Both the position numbers and the translations under genes were made by a program. Shown piece after piece: positions 36,401-49,893 of a DNA stretch of 64,000 bases. The stretch comes from Alloascoidea hylecoeti (taxonomy: Eukaryota): positions 88,194 through 152,193 of the forward strand of contig BCKZ01000009.1 of the NCBI GenBank assembly GCA_001600815.1, read 5' to 3'. A model generated the notes under the pieces. The model saw only the letters and a program-made list of their open reading frames with translations, had not been told where the DNA came from and did not search any database. The first letter of the stretch is position 1. Every line of letters begins with the position of its first letter.

Positions 36401-36477
36401 GCGACGTGCCAAACTGGATATTAATATTGATGCTATTCTATCTGAGATTCAATATTCAATTGCAACATTCGCATTTA

Positions 36478-36912
36478 TCAAGCCCTAATTCTCAATACAA
36501 AATTGATTACAACAGCAACCAACAAAAAGAAACATAACATTGTAGGACCAAATCTATCATCATAAGGACCGCTTCCTCTTTTTCTTATGGCTGCTGCTCT
36601 CCAATGGTATGTGACCAAAGCATATATCATCGTACCCATTGCCAAGGTTGTGAAGAGCGTTGCTGATATACGTCCAACTTTGTCCCCGAAGTTCAGAAGA
36701 CCGACACCCAGTCCTCCAAGAATAACCGTGAAGTTCAACCATGAAAGAAAGGTTCGCTCGTTGGCGAAAAAAACCTTTGGCTCGACCCTCGTGGGGAGTG
36801 CGATTCTTTTGCCTAAAGAGAAAAATTATATGCTGTTAGTGTACAGTAGCAAAATTATAGGTAGCAGAGTGTCCATACCAGGAGTGGTTTGTAGTAATGG
36901 AGCTGAAGACAT
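36478..36912 (-). CDS. VTC1: vacuolar transporter chaperone 1; exons 36912-36879 and 36812-36478
   Basis: [36 protein letters not shown]...[10 protein letters not shown]. Confidence 0.95.
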
Positions 36913-37106
36913 TTCTAAGTGTTTGGCCTTGTTTGTTGTTGCGAGAGATGAGTATGGACTTTGGAGGTTTATATTTTACCCAAACCCAGCACGTGTTTAC
37001 AATTATCTACAAGATAGGCTATTCATCAACTTTATGCTGCATTATTGATACAATTATGTCCAACTGAAAAACAAAGATATCGATATAATTACCTTATACA
37101 GATTTC

Positions 37107-39743
37107 TTAATACTTTGCCATAAATGTAGCAAACTCATTATCTAGATCTATTCTAGGAACACGACCCAGAATTGAGCTCACACGTTTGCTATCAAAATGC
37201 TTCTTACAATTTAAAACATCGTTTAAGAATGATAAAGGACAATCAGGAAAATCAACCCGGACCTCACCAAATCTTTGAAGAACAATGTCGTCACTATCAT
37301 TATTTTCAATAAACTCAATGAGATGCTCAAAGATCTTGAATTTGGTTTGAATCATATCAGATTCCATAAATTCAGAAAAGTTTTCGTATAACTTTCCCAA
37401 ATTTTGCTTGATAATTGCAATAGTTTTATCTTCACCCTTAAAAGTGTGATGCTCTTTCAAACCTGACAAATATCCAATAATTGCGTTATCCAAAAGAAAT
37501 TCCACGAAAATATCAAAAATAGATGGGTTCATAATTGATTTAAAATCGTTCATATACTCAGTTAAAGTCTCCCAAACTAGGACTATAGAAGTAGTACCGT
37601 TGTTATACCATTTCTTTGTGAAGACAGTTTTAAGAGTTTCATTAACATCAGTCAGAATGATTTTAATTACCTGATTAATACATTCAGTTACAAGGTCAAC
37701 GAACCCATCAGTAACTTTTGTGAGATTATCTACAATCGACGTTTTGTATTTCTTTGAAACCAATTCGCTTATTTTGCTTTGGAGAGATGTTGTATAATCG
37801 GCTGCTTTTATCTGATCATTTCCGAATGCAACAATATACTCCAAGAGACCTGGTGGAACTGCCTCCGGTGGGTCATCGTTGTCTTTTTTCTTTTCGCGTT
37901 CTAACATTAGTAAATCATAAGTTAATTGTCTCTCAACTTCATCAGTCAATGTTTGGCTCCATTTCTTTTGTCTGTCTCTCAATAACTCTGAAAAATAACC
38001 AATTGTACCATCAACAATTTTACCTTGACCACTATCCAAAGCAACGTCAACTTGTTGATTAAACATTCTAAAAACTATTACAGTACCACCAAGACTAATT
38101 GTCTTATCATGTTCAACTTCTGGCTCTCTCCTCCTTGCCTTGAACTCGGGATATTCGGTAGCAGCAAGTTGACCAATCCATTGCTTCATATTGGAAACTA
38201 ATAATTTAAGATAGTCATCGAGTAATTTAGTCTTCGTTTCAGCTTCAAGCAAATTTTTGTCTTCAACTTTCAATTGATTCTTTAGGATATTTGAATATTT
38301 CTTATCAAAGTCAATGATAGCAGTAATTACAGTTGTATCTGCACCAGTTTCACCAGAAGATTCAGAAATTACATCACCAATAAGCTTTTGTACTCCTGTA
38401 TGATAAATATCAAAATAAATAACAAAAATGTTCCATGATCCATCTGAAGGAAAGCATTTAACAAGTTCTTGTTTGACAAAAATCAAATCAGCAAATACCC
38501 AATCTAAATTTTGTAATAATTCAAGTGGATCAGAAAATGTAGATATACAATTTTCAAATGTAGCAGCAACAGATTTTGCAATTGCCGAAATCATCTTTGC
38601 CTTGTAATTTCTTGGTTTTAATCGAAATGAAATTAATGATCTATTCCTAAAACTGGTAGTTTTTGAATTCTCCTTATTTGGTTCATTCGTACTTAGCTTT
38701 TGTAGTAAATTATTTCTATCCTTTTTAGGATCATATACATTACTTCTACTGACTTGTTTTTCATGTTCAGCATAAATTTTGTTGATTAACATATTTTCCA
38801 AATCATGCCTTTCTTCATAATCAATAATCTTGACAGTTCGAATAATTAAGCTCTGGTTATTTTCTCTATAAAATTCCAATAGACCATCAGAGATATCTTC
38901 AAATAAACTTCTTTCGAACTTTTCATTGACTGGTTCTAAAGCCTGGAAATGTTTTTGAATGGTTCTTTTAACATCATCTGAAGCGGAAAGTTGGGCAAGT
39001 TGAATTAATTTATCTCTAAAATCACTTAGCTGGGATAAATGATAATGGGCTTGTAAAAGGTTTGGCATGGGACTATCAAGAGAAACTCTTCCTTCTTCAT
39101 CAAGATCCTCATCAATTAATTGATTAATATATGTTATTTTCTCATGTAAACTCTTAATATTTTCATAAATTTCCATGATTTCTGAAAAGTTACTATGTAT
39201 TATGCTGACTTTATTAATGAATTCAAAGTTTTGAATGGAAGATTGTGATTCTGATGATAACTCGTTCATCTTTCATAATAAATATGTTAATTATTATTAT
39301 TTTTTTCATAATTTTAATGTCGAATACACATACTTTCATTAAATTTGATTTTAAATCTCCTATAGCTCTTTTTGAGAGATCTAGACTCGACAGACCATTC
39401 TAAAAGGAAGTTGAGTTAATATTAATAGATAAGTAGCAATGACAATACCTTAATTACATACCAATGCAACTTCAATCTGGGTTTGAACACCGGCTTTCAT
39501 TTGCACATCAATAGCATTCTTCTCACGTTGAAAAGTTGAGCGTAAGTCAGAAATCCTTTCTAAGTCCTAAGATTATTCAGTTAATGATTTAATTCCTCTA
39601 AGTCCAAGAGTATTTGGCATCATACATCTTCCGTCCGAAGCAGTTCCCCGATTCTATAAAAATATGGTTAGTTTCTATTGTTTTTCATCATAAAATGAGC
39701 CAACTACCTACTTGGACAGTGAAACACTTTTAGAATCCGTCAT
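37107..39743 (-). CDS. SEC6: exocyst subunit Sec6, several short 5' exons
   Basis: 5' exons encode KIGELLRTED; MPNLLQAHYHL, PRNYK, VFRMFNQQV; ends ATFMAKY. Confidence 0.9.
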
Positions 39744-39841
39744 GGTGGGTAATGGCTACGTAGAAGTGAGGAATGCCTTATTATGTTGTTGTAATTCCAA
39801 CCACCAACACACCACCACACTACACTATACAATAATTCACC

Positions 39842-41159
39842 ATGCCTCCAAGATTACGAACTAGACAGAAAGAGCCTGCGAAAGCCTCTACTTCTACTAC
39901 TGTAAGGAAACCCAACAAACGGATCCCTCCACCAAAAATAACAAAGCGGACGCGAAGTAAACCCAAGAAGACGATAACACGCAAAGTACACAAACAACAG
40001 GAACGCGAACAAGAACAAGAACAGCAAAATGAAAATGAAAGTAATGATGACTCTAATCCAGACACTTCACAGGACGAAATAGAAACGTCAAAAGCAAACA
40101 CCAAGTCTTCCAAATCAACGGCCCCAACCAAAGACGAGTTATCTAATCTTGAATCTGATCCTTTAATATTGAAAACATATACAAAAAATATACCAGAAAA
40201 GAGAATTGCAACTCTTTGGGAGCCACTCTCTTCCCAAAGTATTGAAACTGTTATAAATACTTTGAACCTTTTTGTTCCTCCTTCAACTCGACAGATTAAA
40301 CAGACAAAAAGAAAACACGAAGCGCAACAGCTTTTAAGTAACTTGGTAAATCAGTATGTTTTGTTTTCTTTTTATATTCATAGTAATTAATTTGATTAAG
40401 CTAACAAATTTGAATAAAGGTTGCAAACACAATTAGAGAATGCTCAATTACCGCCAGGGTTAAAACCTCAAAATTATCAATTAGATTATGTCTCAAGGCA
40501 AAAGGTATTTTAGTTTATCATTCATATTGATTACTTTTAAAACTTCCTTTTTATAATCATTAACACCTTGAAATTAAAATTTAGGCTCATTTGGAAAACG
40601 TATTGAATTCTGACTTGAGGCAGGTAGCAGAATTAGAATTAGAAATAAAAAGGCAAAAAGCGTAAGTTCTTGTTGATAATGAGAATCATACTATATCTTA
40701 ATTAAGTACACTAACATTTTCAACAGATTGGTTAAAAGCGATGAAGAATTTCTAAAAGAATTGTCTAAGAATAGTAGACAACATCAAAATACCATGTCTA
40801 CACAGGAGAAAAAGGTGAGAATTTGTTTGTTTTGCTTTTTATTTACATGAATGTCCTCTGTTAACAATCTAAATAGATAATGGCACAATTGAAGGATAGT
40901 ATATCAGATAGTCACAGACACGATACTTCGGAAGATGTCCATCTGATTAATAGAGAATCCAAGGTTTATAAAGTAAGTAAACATCGAGTTATCTACTGTT
41001 TGATTGTTATAACTAATAAACTTTTCCATTTAGCAAGAGGAGGATGCTGAATTACAGAACGTTCTTGAAAGCTTGTCTCATCATATAAATACCATCAAAG
41101 GTAATGTGGAGGTTTCCAAAACATTGACAGAATCTTGTAAGCGTATTTATTTAGAATAA
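39842..41159 (+). CDS. multi-intron kinetochore protein, CENP-Q/Okp1/Fta7-like (3' end approximate)
   Basis: Basic N-terminus; LKTYTKNIPEKRIATLWEPL; downstream short exons with LPPG, coiled coil and LSHHINTIKGN. Confidence 0.55.
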
Positions 41160-41592
41160 ATTATCTAGAATATGTTACTTAGAATAATCATGATAAATAG
41201 CTTAATACATTACTTACTTGTCTTATATTAAAATTAAAATGTTCTTTACCTAGACTAGCTCTAGTTGTGTAAGAATTGACAGCCCATCCATGGTGTTTGG
41301 GGAATTTTAACTATAATTTCTATTGCTGGACGTCGATCTGGCAAGCCCAGGCTTAAGTTTATAATTCACTGGGGAACTTAATACATTTTTTGTATACCTA
41401 CTTATAGCACCAAAAAATTACAATCCTAAATGTCAATTTAAAATTGCAATTGGTATGCTAATTATAAATGAATGAATAATGAATTAAAATAGGCCAAATA
41501 TAATATTAATATTTTTAATTTAAATAGACGAAACTTTTAAACAGTAATTTTCAAATAATGTACACTTTTAGCATGATTCGATTACAACAAAT

Positions 41593-43254
41593 CTAATTAA
41601 TTATAACATCTTCATCAAAAGTCGTTGAAATACCGGACGACTCAGCATACCAGGATTTTTCAACTATTCCCAAACCTTTAATATCTCTATTATAAAACTT
41701 CTCTGCAGTTTGCCTATCTTTAAAACTGACGACAACCTGATTAGGAATAGCAGGATTTCGATCTAATCCTTGATATTCACCAAATGATATTAAAACCCCC
41801 CTTAAAAATTCTTCCTGTTCTTCAGATATAGGAGAAATAACAACTTTCTTTGGTCTAAGATCCAAGTTGTAAGTGGAAAGAGCCGCTTTAAAACCCTCTC
41901 TTCCACCTCTCCCTCCATAAGGATTGTAACCGTAGGACCTTGTATTATACATAGCACGACCTCTCACTCGTATGTTGGAGTTTCCATGATTAGGCGTAGA
42001 AATAGATGCAGCTAGACTGGCACCTTCTTCTTTTAACTTCTTCAGTTGTTGTTCTAAAACATTTATTTTTGCTAATTTTTCAAGATCACCATCAGCTAAT
42101 AATTTTTCATTTTCAATCTTTGCTTCTAAAAATTTTTGTTGTTCTTGATGTTTAATTAACACTGATGATTTTAATTTTTGTAATTCTTGTCTTTTCTCCT
42201 CAGTTTCTTGCTTCTTCTTTAATTTTTCTTCAAAAACTTTTTGTTTTTCATCTTGAATTCGTATTGCTTTTTCAATATTTAAAAATTTAGCCTCAGCTTC
42301 ATCTCTAGTTTTTTGATGTCTTCGTGCTGTAAAAGGATCAAATTTTTTCCAATAAACCCTAATGAATCGATTATTAAATATTGGATCAGGAGAATTCCAT
42401 GCATTTTTAGCTTGACTATGATTTTCAAAAGTTATTTCAGCTAATTTTAAATCATGGGTTATATTTATAGAAGTTAAAGTTCCAAATTGTTCAAAATAAC
42501 CATGTAATTCATTTTCATTTAATTTATCTTCTGGTATATTTTCAACAACTAAGGTTATATCATTATGATATTCTCGTTTCTTTGAGGATTCTCTTTCTGA
42601 ATATCCATTAGTATTTTTGTTTCTATGGGAATTCCGTTGATATCTATTTCCGTTTCTATTATTATTATCATTGTACGTATGAAAACTTTGATGATTATTT
42701 AAACTTTCATCCAACGTATTCAACTGTCGAAGTTCTTTTTTTTGAAAATGTGGCGTGCTTGAGCTCCTATCAAATCTTGAAGCATTGTCATTAAAACTAC
42801 CATTAAACCCACCTTTTTGTGGTCCTATGTTACTAATATTTCCATTGTAGTCGTGTGGACCCTTATGATGTCTTTTTGCATCAAGAAAGGCATCGAATGA
42901 AGCACTTGGATCTGTGGTATTATTATTGCTATTATTTTGATTATGATTGTAGGAATGACTCTGTAGAGCAAAGGATAAGGAATTAATGTGCTGATCAACG
43001 GATACCTCTTCACCAGACTTGTAAGATCTTGTATTTACAGCATAAATCAATTCTCTTACAACTTGAGCAGTGTTATCCTGTAAGAAATCTCTTAACTGTT
43101 CTTGACACATTAAAAAAAGTTCATCGTCAGGAAGTTCATGTTTTAAAAGAGCAAGTATAAAGTCAGCCAGAACATCAGGGTCGGCATCGGATAAGTTAGT
43201 CACTTTGCTTACGATCCAGCTCCTTAAGGAAGATAAGTCTGCTTGCTCAATCAT
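41593..43254 (-). CDS. RBM26/27 (Rmn1)-like PWI + RRM protein
   Basis: PWI LRSWIV..DADPDVLADFILALLKH; RRM LVVENIPED...SPDPIFNNRFIRVYW; LDLRPK. Confidence 0.85.
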   Translation of the reverse strand: MIEQADLSSLRSWIVSKVTNLSDADPDVLADFILALLKHELPDDELFLMCQEQLRDFLQDNTAQVVRELIYAVNTRSYKSGEEVSVDQHINSLSFALQSHSYNHNQNNSNNNTTDPSASFDAFLDAKRHHKGPHDYNGNISNIGPQKGGFNGSFNDNASRFDRSSSTPHFQKKELRQLNTLDESLNNHQSFHTYNDNNNRNGNRYQRNSHRNKNTNGYSERESSKKREYHNDITLVVENIPEDKLNENELHGYFEQFGTLTSINITHDLKLAEITFENHSQAKNAWNSPDPIFNNRFIRVYWKKFDPFTARRHQKTRDEAEAKFLNIEKAIRIQDEKQKVFEEKLKKKQETEEKRQELQKLKSSVLIKHQEQQKFLEAKIENEKLLADGDLEKLAKINVLEQQLKKLKEEGASLAASISTPNHGNSNIRVRGRAMYNTRSYGYNPYGGRGGREGFKAALSTYNLDLRPKKVVISPISEEQEEFLRGVLISFGEYQGLDRNPAIPNQVVVSFKDRQTAEKFYNRDIKGLGIVEKSWYAESSGISTTFDEDVIIN

Positions 43255-43462
43255 TATAAAAGTGATATGCAGATACTACTATTCTAGGAGAATCCTTATG
43301 TCAGGACTGACATTTACCCTGCCTTCTTCATGGTATATAACATTATTATTATCAATTGCAATATAAATACATAATTAAATAAGATACAAACAAAACATTA
43401 TAAAAGTCGCTACACAGTGAATTCGAAGACAAGTAATATAGATAAGAAATAGAAAGACATAA

Positions 43463-44389
43463 TTAAGCACTTGCAGAACGTATCCAGAAATCAGTAACAT
43501 CATTTGCCCCGGCAATTTGTCGTTGCCTAACACCTCGAGCTAATTGGATTCCTATATTATATTTTTGCATTTCTAAAGTTTCCAGTTTTTCTTCTAAAAA
43601 TTGTTTATAATTTAAAAGTCGTTCTCTTTCTTTTCGATCATGGGTACATGGATTTGGTGGTAGAAGATTTGAAACCTGTGATAAACTTTTCTTTGTTTTT
43701 CTCCATTGTTGAATAATGGAATTGTGCTCCTTTTGTAAACTATCAATACGTTTCTCATGAGTTTTGAATTTATCATCGACATCTTCTTGTGGGGTGAGAT
43801 TTACAGTAAATGAACGTTTCTTACCAATATCGGAGCTACTAAGTGAACTATTTCCTCCAATGAATTTAAAGTCATTACGCTGTTTAGGGGGACATAATGA
43901 AACATATTCTATTTGATTGTCATTAGCCATCACTGCTTGTTTCTTCGAAGGAGTTGGTAATTTAGAGGTGTCTAAATTATGATTTGGGTGACGTGTTGGG
44001 GGCACATCAATTGGAGGGGAGCGCTCAATAGGAGATTTCGGAGATTTATCAAGATTTTTTTCTAAATCGGCTGTATCTGTGAAGGATGAGGAAAAAGAAG
44101 AAAAAGATCCAGAAGCTGATCTGCTGACAAGATCAGACTTCAACTTAACTGATATAGGCTTATCAGCTTCAAGGGGCTTGTTTGCCAGGGGTTCGGATTT
44201 TGGTTCCTGAGGAACAGGTTTTCGCACCAAATTCTTTAATTTTGAAGCCTTTGCTTGATTATCGGCATGCTTAAAAGGATTTAAGCTTACTTTTGGCGTA
44301 AATGAGTACGTAGAGCGTGGAGTTTTGTTATCATTCGTCTCATATTGTTGAGTGAGAAGGGCTATTCTTCCACTTTTAGAAGGGGCCAT
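43463..44389 (-). CDS. hypothetical protein with C-terminal coiled coil (probable start MAPSKSG at 44389)
   Basis: Long ORF; the upstream extension overlaps a (TA)n promoter-like tract. Ends GIQLAR...TDFWIR. Confidence 0.7.
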   Translation of the reverse strand: MAPSKSGRIALLTQQYETNDNKTPRSTYSFTPKVSLNPFKHADNQAKASKLKNLVRKPVPQEPKSEPLANKPLEADKPISVKLKSDLVSRSASGSFSSFSSSFTDTADLEKNLDKSPKSPIERSPPIDVPPTRHPNHNLDTSKLPTPSKKQAVMANDNQIEYVSLCPPKQRNDFKFIGGNSSLSSSDIGKKRSFTVNLTPQEDVDDKFKTHEKRIDSLQKEHNSIIQQWRKTKKSLSQVSNLLPPNPCTHDRKERERLLNYKQFLEEKLETLEMQKYNIGIQLARGVRQRQIAGANDVTDFWIRSASA

Positions 44390-45085
44390 ATTTTCAAATG
44401 TTGGTATAAACGCGTTCCTGAGAGGTTTTAGAGTTCTTATAAAAAGCGTTCCAATAAACAGCCATGCACATTTAAGGGTGAAACACGCACGTGACTCACG
44501 CATATATATATATATATATATTTTAATTTGTGTGATAAATATGATATATATACGAATGATAAAGTAATACAACAAGGTAATTAAAGGTTTGCAATTGAAA
44601 AAGCACCTAAATAGATATATCAATAACTGTTCTAGATAGAAAAAACTACATGAATGTTATAAATGTACTATAGTTTTATCTTTCGGGACACATGCATATG
44701 TATGATAGCCAGATCGAGATTCATCATGTTAAATATATCAAAATAAAAATAAAAATGTTAAAAATGCAATGAAACAATTAATAGTATATATCAAGTAGTA
44801 TGCGTCGTCTTTGAAGTGACCGTTGTAGTACTAAAAGGTGATATTGATAATGTCTGTGAATCTGATATATTAAATCTCATGTGAATCGGTATTGATATCA
44901 GGTCGAAATGTCCGAGCTGGGACTTACAATTGGAGTTAAATTTGAAGTTTGTTAAAAAGAATAACTTTCTTGGTTGAATTTGGTTAAACTTGATGCAGAA
45001 ATATCTGAAGAAGGGGTTGAATTTTGTAGCTGGATACAACAGAACTTAAATAAGTTGTTGTCGGATTACTAGTTATAGTTGAAGT

Positions 45086-45934
45086 TTAGGAGATTGAAAA
45101 TATATCTCCCTTCATCCTTCTTGATAAAGAAACAACTGGAGAAGGTGATGAACTAACGATTTGAGAATCTGTCAATGAAATTGGGGATGCCGTTGTAGGT
45201 GATGAAAGATAACTTGAACTATTACTTGTTGTGGTACTTAAAACAACAACAGTACTGTTTGGATGTGGGGAATATGATTCCGAGATGGTGTCTGTACTAG
45301 TCGATGAGTGTGTCACTATGAAATTAGATCCAGTTGAAAATGTTGTACTAAGAGATACATCGATATCAGTATGGTAATCTGATGGTGTAATCGTAATGGT
45401 AGAAGTTTGTTCATAAACTGTGATCTCTGAAATATGTAAAGTAGTTTTAGTGGTTGTCATTGTTAATTCCGTACTTGATGGACTTTCTTGTAAAGCATCT
45501 GTCGTTGCTGTACTACTTGGTGTTAGTTTTGGTGCATTGGTCTCCTCTTCTGGACATGTAAATGTGGTGCTATAGAACGTTTCAATTATAGTTGTTGTTG
45601 AAGAAATGGTTTTGGTACTTGTGGGTTCACCTCTCAAAATACTTACAATTGAAATTGTCTCATCGTAATTGTGATTATAGGTTTCTGTATTACGTGTAGC
45701 TTCATCAACATTTATAATAGAGTATTCCAAATCAGATGATGTTTCTTCTGAAATTGGATTGATTGAGGTTGAATCTGTGTATGCTATTGGATATAGAGGA
45801 GGACTGGTGATTATTGATTGTGGAGATGAAGTAAAAGTTGTGGCAGAATCATCATTTATTGGTAGTGGAACTGCGATCACAATACATATCAATTGCAAGC
45901 AACTAATAATCATCAAATTCTGAAAATGATTCAT
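45086..45934 (-). CDS. secreted Ser/Thr-rich mucin-like protein
   Basis: Signal-peptide-like N-terminus (..VIA-VPLP) and very high S/T content. Confidence 0.75.
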   Translation of the reverse strand: MNHFQNLMIISCLQLICIVIAVPLPINDDSATTFTSSPQSIITSPPLYPIAYTDSTSINPISEETSSDLEYSIINVDEATRNTETYNHNYDETISIVSILRGEPTSTKTISSTTTIIETFYSTTFTCPEEETNAPKLTPSSTATTDALQESPSSTELTMTTTKTTLHISEITVYEQTSTITITPSDYHTDIDVSLSTTFSTGSNFIVTHSSTSTDTISESYSPHPNSTVVVLSTTTSNSSSYLSSPTTASPISLTDSQIVSSSPSPVVSLSRRMKGDIFSIS

Positions 45935-46767
45935 TTTAAAGATTTATTCAAACGATAGTGAGGAAAAGAGGTAATTTAAGTTGTTGCAATAGTTAATTTG
46001 AAAATGTGCAATAAATATAAAGAATAGAAATTTTTGGGACACCTAGAGTTTTTATAGAAAAGAGTATATTCTAATTAGATAATTTATTTTATCTTTTAGG
46101 AAAATATTTTGAGAATTAAATAGTTTTATTTGAAAATGAAAGGACTCATTACAAAAATAGTAATATTGAAAAAGGAGGTTAACTGTCATTTTCATTTTTG
46201 GAAATAAAAATTCCGCTACTCTTGCATAATGTGGCAGGAAAGTCTGTATTAGGAAATCTAATATCTCGCATTAACTAATATGAGTACAAAATATGCAGTA
46301 AGGCATAGCTGGACATGATCTTAAATCTAAAGCTAAACTTTAAACTGCGTGCAATATTAATGGGGTTTCATGATATTGATATAAATTAAGTTACATTTAT
46401 CAAATATATGTCATCTCTGGGTAGTATATAGTCTGGGCTATAGTGATATTTAAATAGGAAATGGCTGGAAACCATAAAGAAAATATATCCAATATTGGAT
46501 TTATTTTCAATCTTAGTTTCTTTATGCATATGTGTAAAAATATTAGCACGTAATCAAAATCAATACATGCTGTAGAATGTAGCGCTTAATGCAATATATA
46601 CCCATTATAGATGTCTTATAGTAAGTTGCTCTCGTAATTTTTGTTAAAATGATCACATTTACAATCGCAAACAAGATAGAATTGGAAAAAATTAAGAGAT
46701 CGCGATCGGGTTGAATGATAATTCTATTTACATTGCAATTTAAATACCGTCGACTATATTTACAGTT

Positions 46768-48138
46768 TTAAGTTGAGGATTCCAATAACTCTTTGAGTTC
46801 TTCTTGCCTTGTGTAAGCATCCATTTCATCAATAACTTCATCCAACTTTTTCCCGGCCAGAACATCAGATAAGATATACTGAGAAAATTTACATCTATGG
46901 TCAGTGATTCTGTTTTGTGGGTAGTGATATGTTCTAATTTTGTCAGAACGCTCCGTTGTCGTGACTTGTGAAGTTCTTTTGGATTTCTCTAAGGCTATTC
47001 TTTCTAACCTTTCCTTCTCTGCCAGTCGACCACGCAATATAAAAAGAGCTTTGGCTTTATTTTGATGTTGTGATCTCTCATCTTGCATCGAGACAGAAAT
47101 ACCTGTTGGTAAATGAATAATTCTAACAGCAGATTCAGTGGTGTTTACATGCTGGCCACCAGCACCGCGAGATCTCATTATATCTATTCTTAATTCATCT
47201 GGACCGAAAACCCTTTCATCCTCAGCTGAAGAGTCTTCTGCATCAGACATTTGGGGAAGAACTACAACAGCAGCAGTAGATGTTTGTATTCTATTTTTGG
47301 TATCCGTCAATGGGATTCTTTGTACTCGATGAACACCACCTTCAAATCGTAGTCTTTCATAACTTCCAGAATGATCAATTGCTAAAATAGCTTCTGTAAT
47401 CCCAAGGGAAGAACCATTTTTCGTTTTAGATAATAACCTTGATGGCCATTTGTGTTCCATAGCATATGCTTGATACATGTTCAATAAGTCTTCTGTGAAT
47501 ATATTTGCTTCATCACCTCCAATACCTGCTCTTAATTCCAGCATACATTTTTTATCCGCAAATTCGCGGGGAGGCAGTAACCTCCCTTCTAATTTAGAGA
47601 TTAAGCTTTCAAGAGAGGACTCAATAATTTCAATTTCATCCTTTGCATCTTCTTTCAGAGTTGGGTCTTCAAGCATTAATTTCAGTTCTTGAATACTCTA
47701 ATAAAATTTTTTTAGATACGATTGATTTCATAATTTAATATTTTTCTGAAAAATACTTACGGCAGCTTCTTCTTTGTATTTGTCATACAATCCTGTAACC
47801 TCAGCCAATCGAGTATATTTTATTTGATCGTCAGCATTGAAGGTACTAGCATTTGATAACTTTTCTTCCATTTCGTGAAATTCTTCTTCTAATTGTGCTG
47901 CTCTTTTTTGAAGTAGTGGGTGAAGCGTTTTCAGTGTTATTTCATCAAGATCTTATTTTTTTAAACTAATGTTAATACTCATAAAGAAAGATGAATATAA
48001 TAAAATTCAATATAATATATATACTTGTTGTTACTTACTCGTTGATGAAAATCTAGCACCATATGGTCTGAGCCGTGTTCTAAAGTTACATTTGTATATT
48101 TGAGGACTTCTTATGAGATTCCTTGTAATCTTAAACAT
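46768..48138 (-). CDS. MRF1: mitochondrial peptide chain release factor 1, spliced
   Basis: LELRAGIGGDEA, GGVHRVQRIP, GAGGQHVNTTESA; 5' exons carry a presequence. Confidence 0.92.
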
Positions 48139-48435
48139 TTAATAGCTAGAATTTTTTAATTTTCAGATTGTGATTATGAAAGAAACTTGAGCTTCTGGAA
48201 CCGGAACACAACAAAAAGTTATAAGTTTCAATCGAAGTTGGATTACTTAACTTATAATCAGATATTTTCAGAAAAATTAATAAAATAGAAGATATTTAGA
48301 TTGATTGAAAGTATAATTACAATAAAATTGTCAATATATAAAATGTAGCACTGTGTAATTATCCTACTGAGTAATTATCATCATAAGCATCAAACCTCCA
48401 AATGCTTTTCTCTTAATTATAGAGTACAACATAAC

Positions 48436-49741
48436 ATGGCAGAATCAGACTTGGATGCCCGCAACCGAAAAACATTAGATAGATACACCAAAGGTATAGA
48501 CATCCACAATATATAAGTTAATATCATGCTTCTAATCAGTTAACTAACGCCTAATTTTATCATACCTAGACAAAAAAGTTGGTGAGGGAACCTATGCCGT
48601 AGTTTATCAAGGTATTTCATATATTTATTTCATATACAAGAGTGTATCATAATGACACCTGATCATTAACAATTTCCCCAGGAATACAAAGGGATACAAA
48701 TAGACCCATTGCAATCAAGGAGATAAAAACCGGCCTTTTCAAAGATGGTCTCGATATGTCAGCCATTAGAGAAGTGAAATATTTACAAGAACTGCGGCAT
48801 GAAAATATTCTTGAAGTACGCCAGTCAATCTTTTAAATTTGCCTTCGAGTGAAAAAGTCTAACATCTATGCTTTAGCTGGTTGATGTATTCTCAACAGAA
48901 CACAATTTAAACCTCGTTCTCGAGTTTTTGCCATACGATCTTGAGATGCTCATCAAAGATGATAAAGTTCTGTTTTTACCAGGCCATGTTAAAAGTTGGT
49001 TATTAATGACACTTAGAGGAGTTCATCACTGCCATAGAAATTTCATTCTACATAGAGTAAGTCAATCTATATTCAAAATAAAATATAGACATGTTTTCTA
49101 ATCTTCTAAAGGATTTAAAACCAAATAATCTTTTAATATCAACGAATGGTGTTTTAAAATTGGCAGATTTTGGTCTTGCTCGATCGCTTTCAAATCCAAG
49201 AGAGAATCTAACCTCAAATGTCGTGACTCGTTGGTACCGAGCACCCGAATTACTATTTGGCGCTCGTCATTATTCTCCCTCGGTTGATATATGGTCAGTT
49301 GGTATTATTTTTGCTGAACTCATGTTGAGAATTCCATATTTAGCAGGTGCGAATGATCTTGATCAAATTGATGTCACATTTCGTGCAATGGGGACACCAA
49401 CTGAGGCAACATGGCCGGGATACAAGTGTTTACCTGGATATAAACCTGATCTCGTCAACATATATCCAGCTCCCACAATAGCAGAGTTACGGCATAGATT
49501 TTCAGCGGCTACAGATAATACTTTAGATTTATTATGCCTTATGACAAAAATGAATCCTAGTGAACGATGTGATAGTGAGATGGCACTAAAACATCCGTAT
49601 TTTACAGAACTGCCCAAACCTACGAGGCCAGAGGAGTTACCAAAGAAGAGTGTTGTAGCAACTGAAGAAGAGAAAGCTATAGAAAAGACAAGATCGAAGC
49701 TCATGGCAGCAGTCTTAGAAAAAACGAGAATGAAAAGGTAA
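48436..49741 (+). CDS. KIN28: TFIIH kinase CDK7/Kin28, multi-intron
   Basis: KVGEGTYAVVY, FKDGLDMSAIREVKYLQEL, LTSNVVTRWYRAPELLFGA. Confidence 0.95.
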
Positions 49742-49893
49742 TTCTCAAATATGCTTTATAATTAACACTCTCCAGGGAGCTCACATGTATTTTAATGAAA
49801 ACTAGATATATTCATCCAGTACTAATTAATGTTAATTATAGTCGTAAGTTCATAGTATCTATTGCTATACCAAGTGTATGTATATAATTCTCT

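Noticed and set aside
44390..44623. N-terminal extension of the 386-aa ORF
   Set aside because: Runs through a (TA)n tract and promoter-like sequence; the ATG at 44389 is more plausible.
48780..48890. Alternative CUG decoding
   Set aside because: CTG encodes conserved Leu positions in KIN28 (QELRH, LVDVF).
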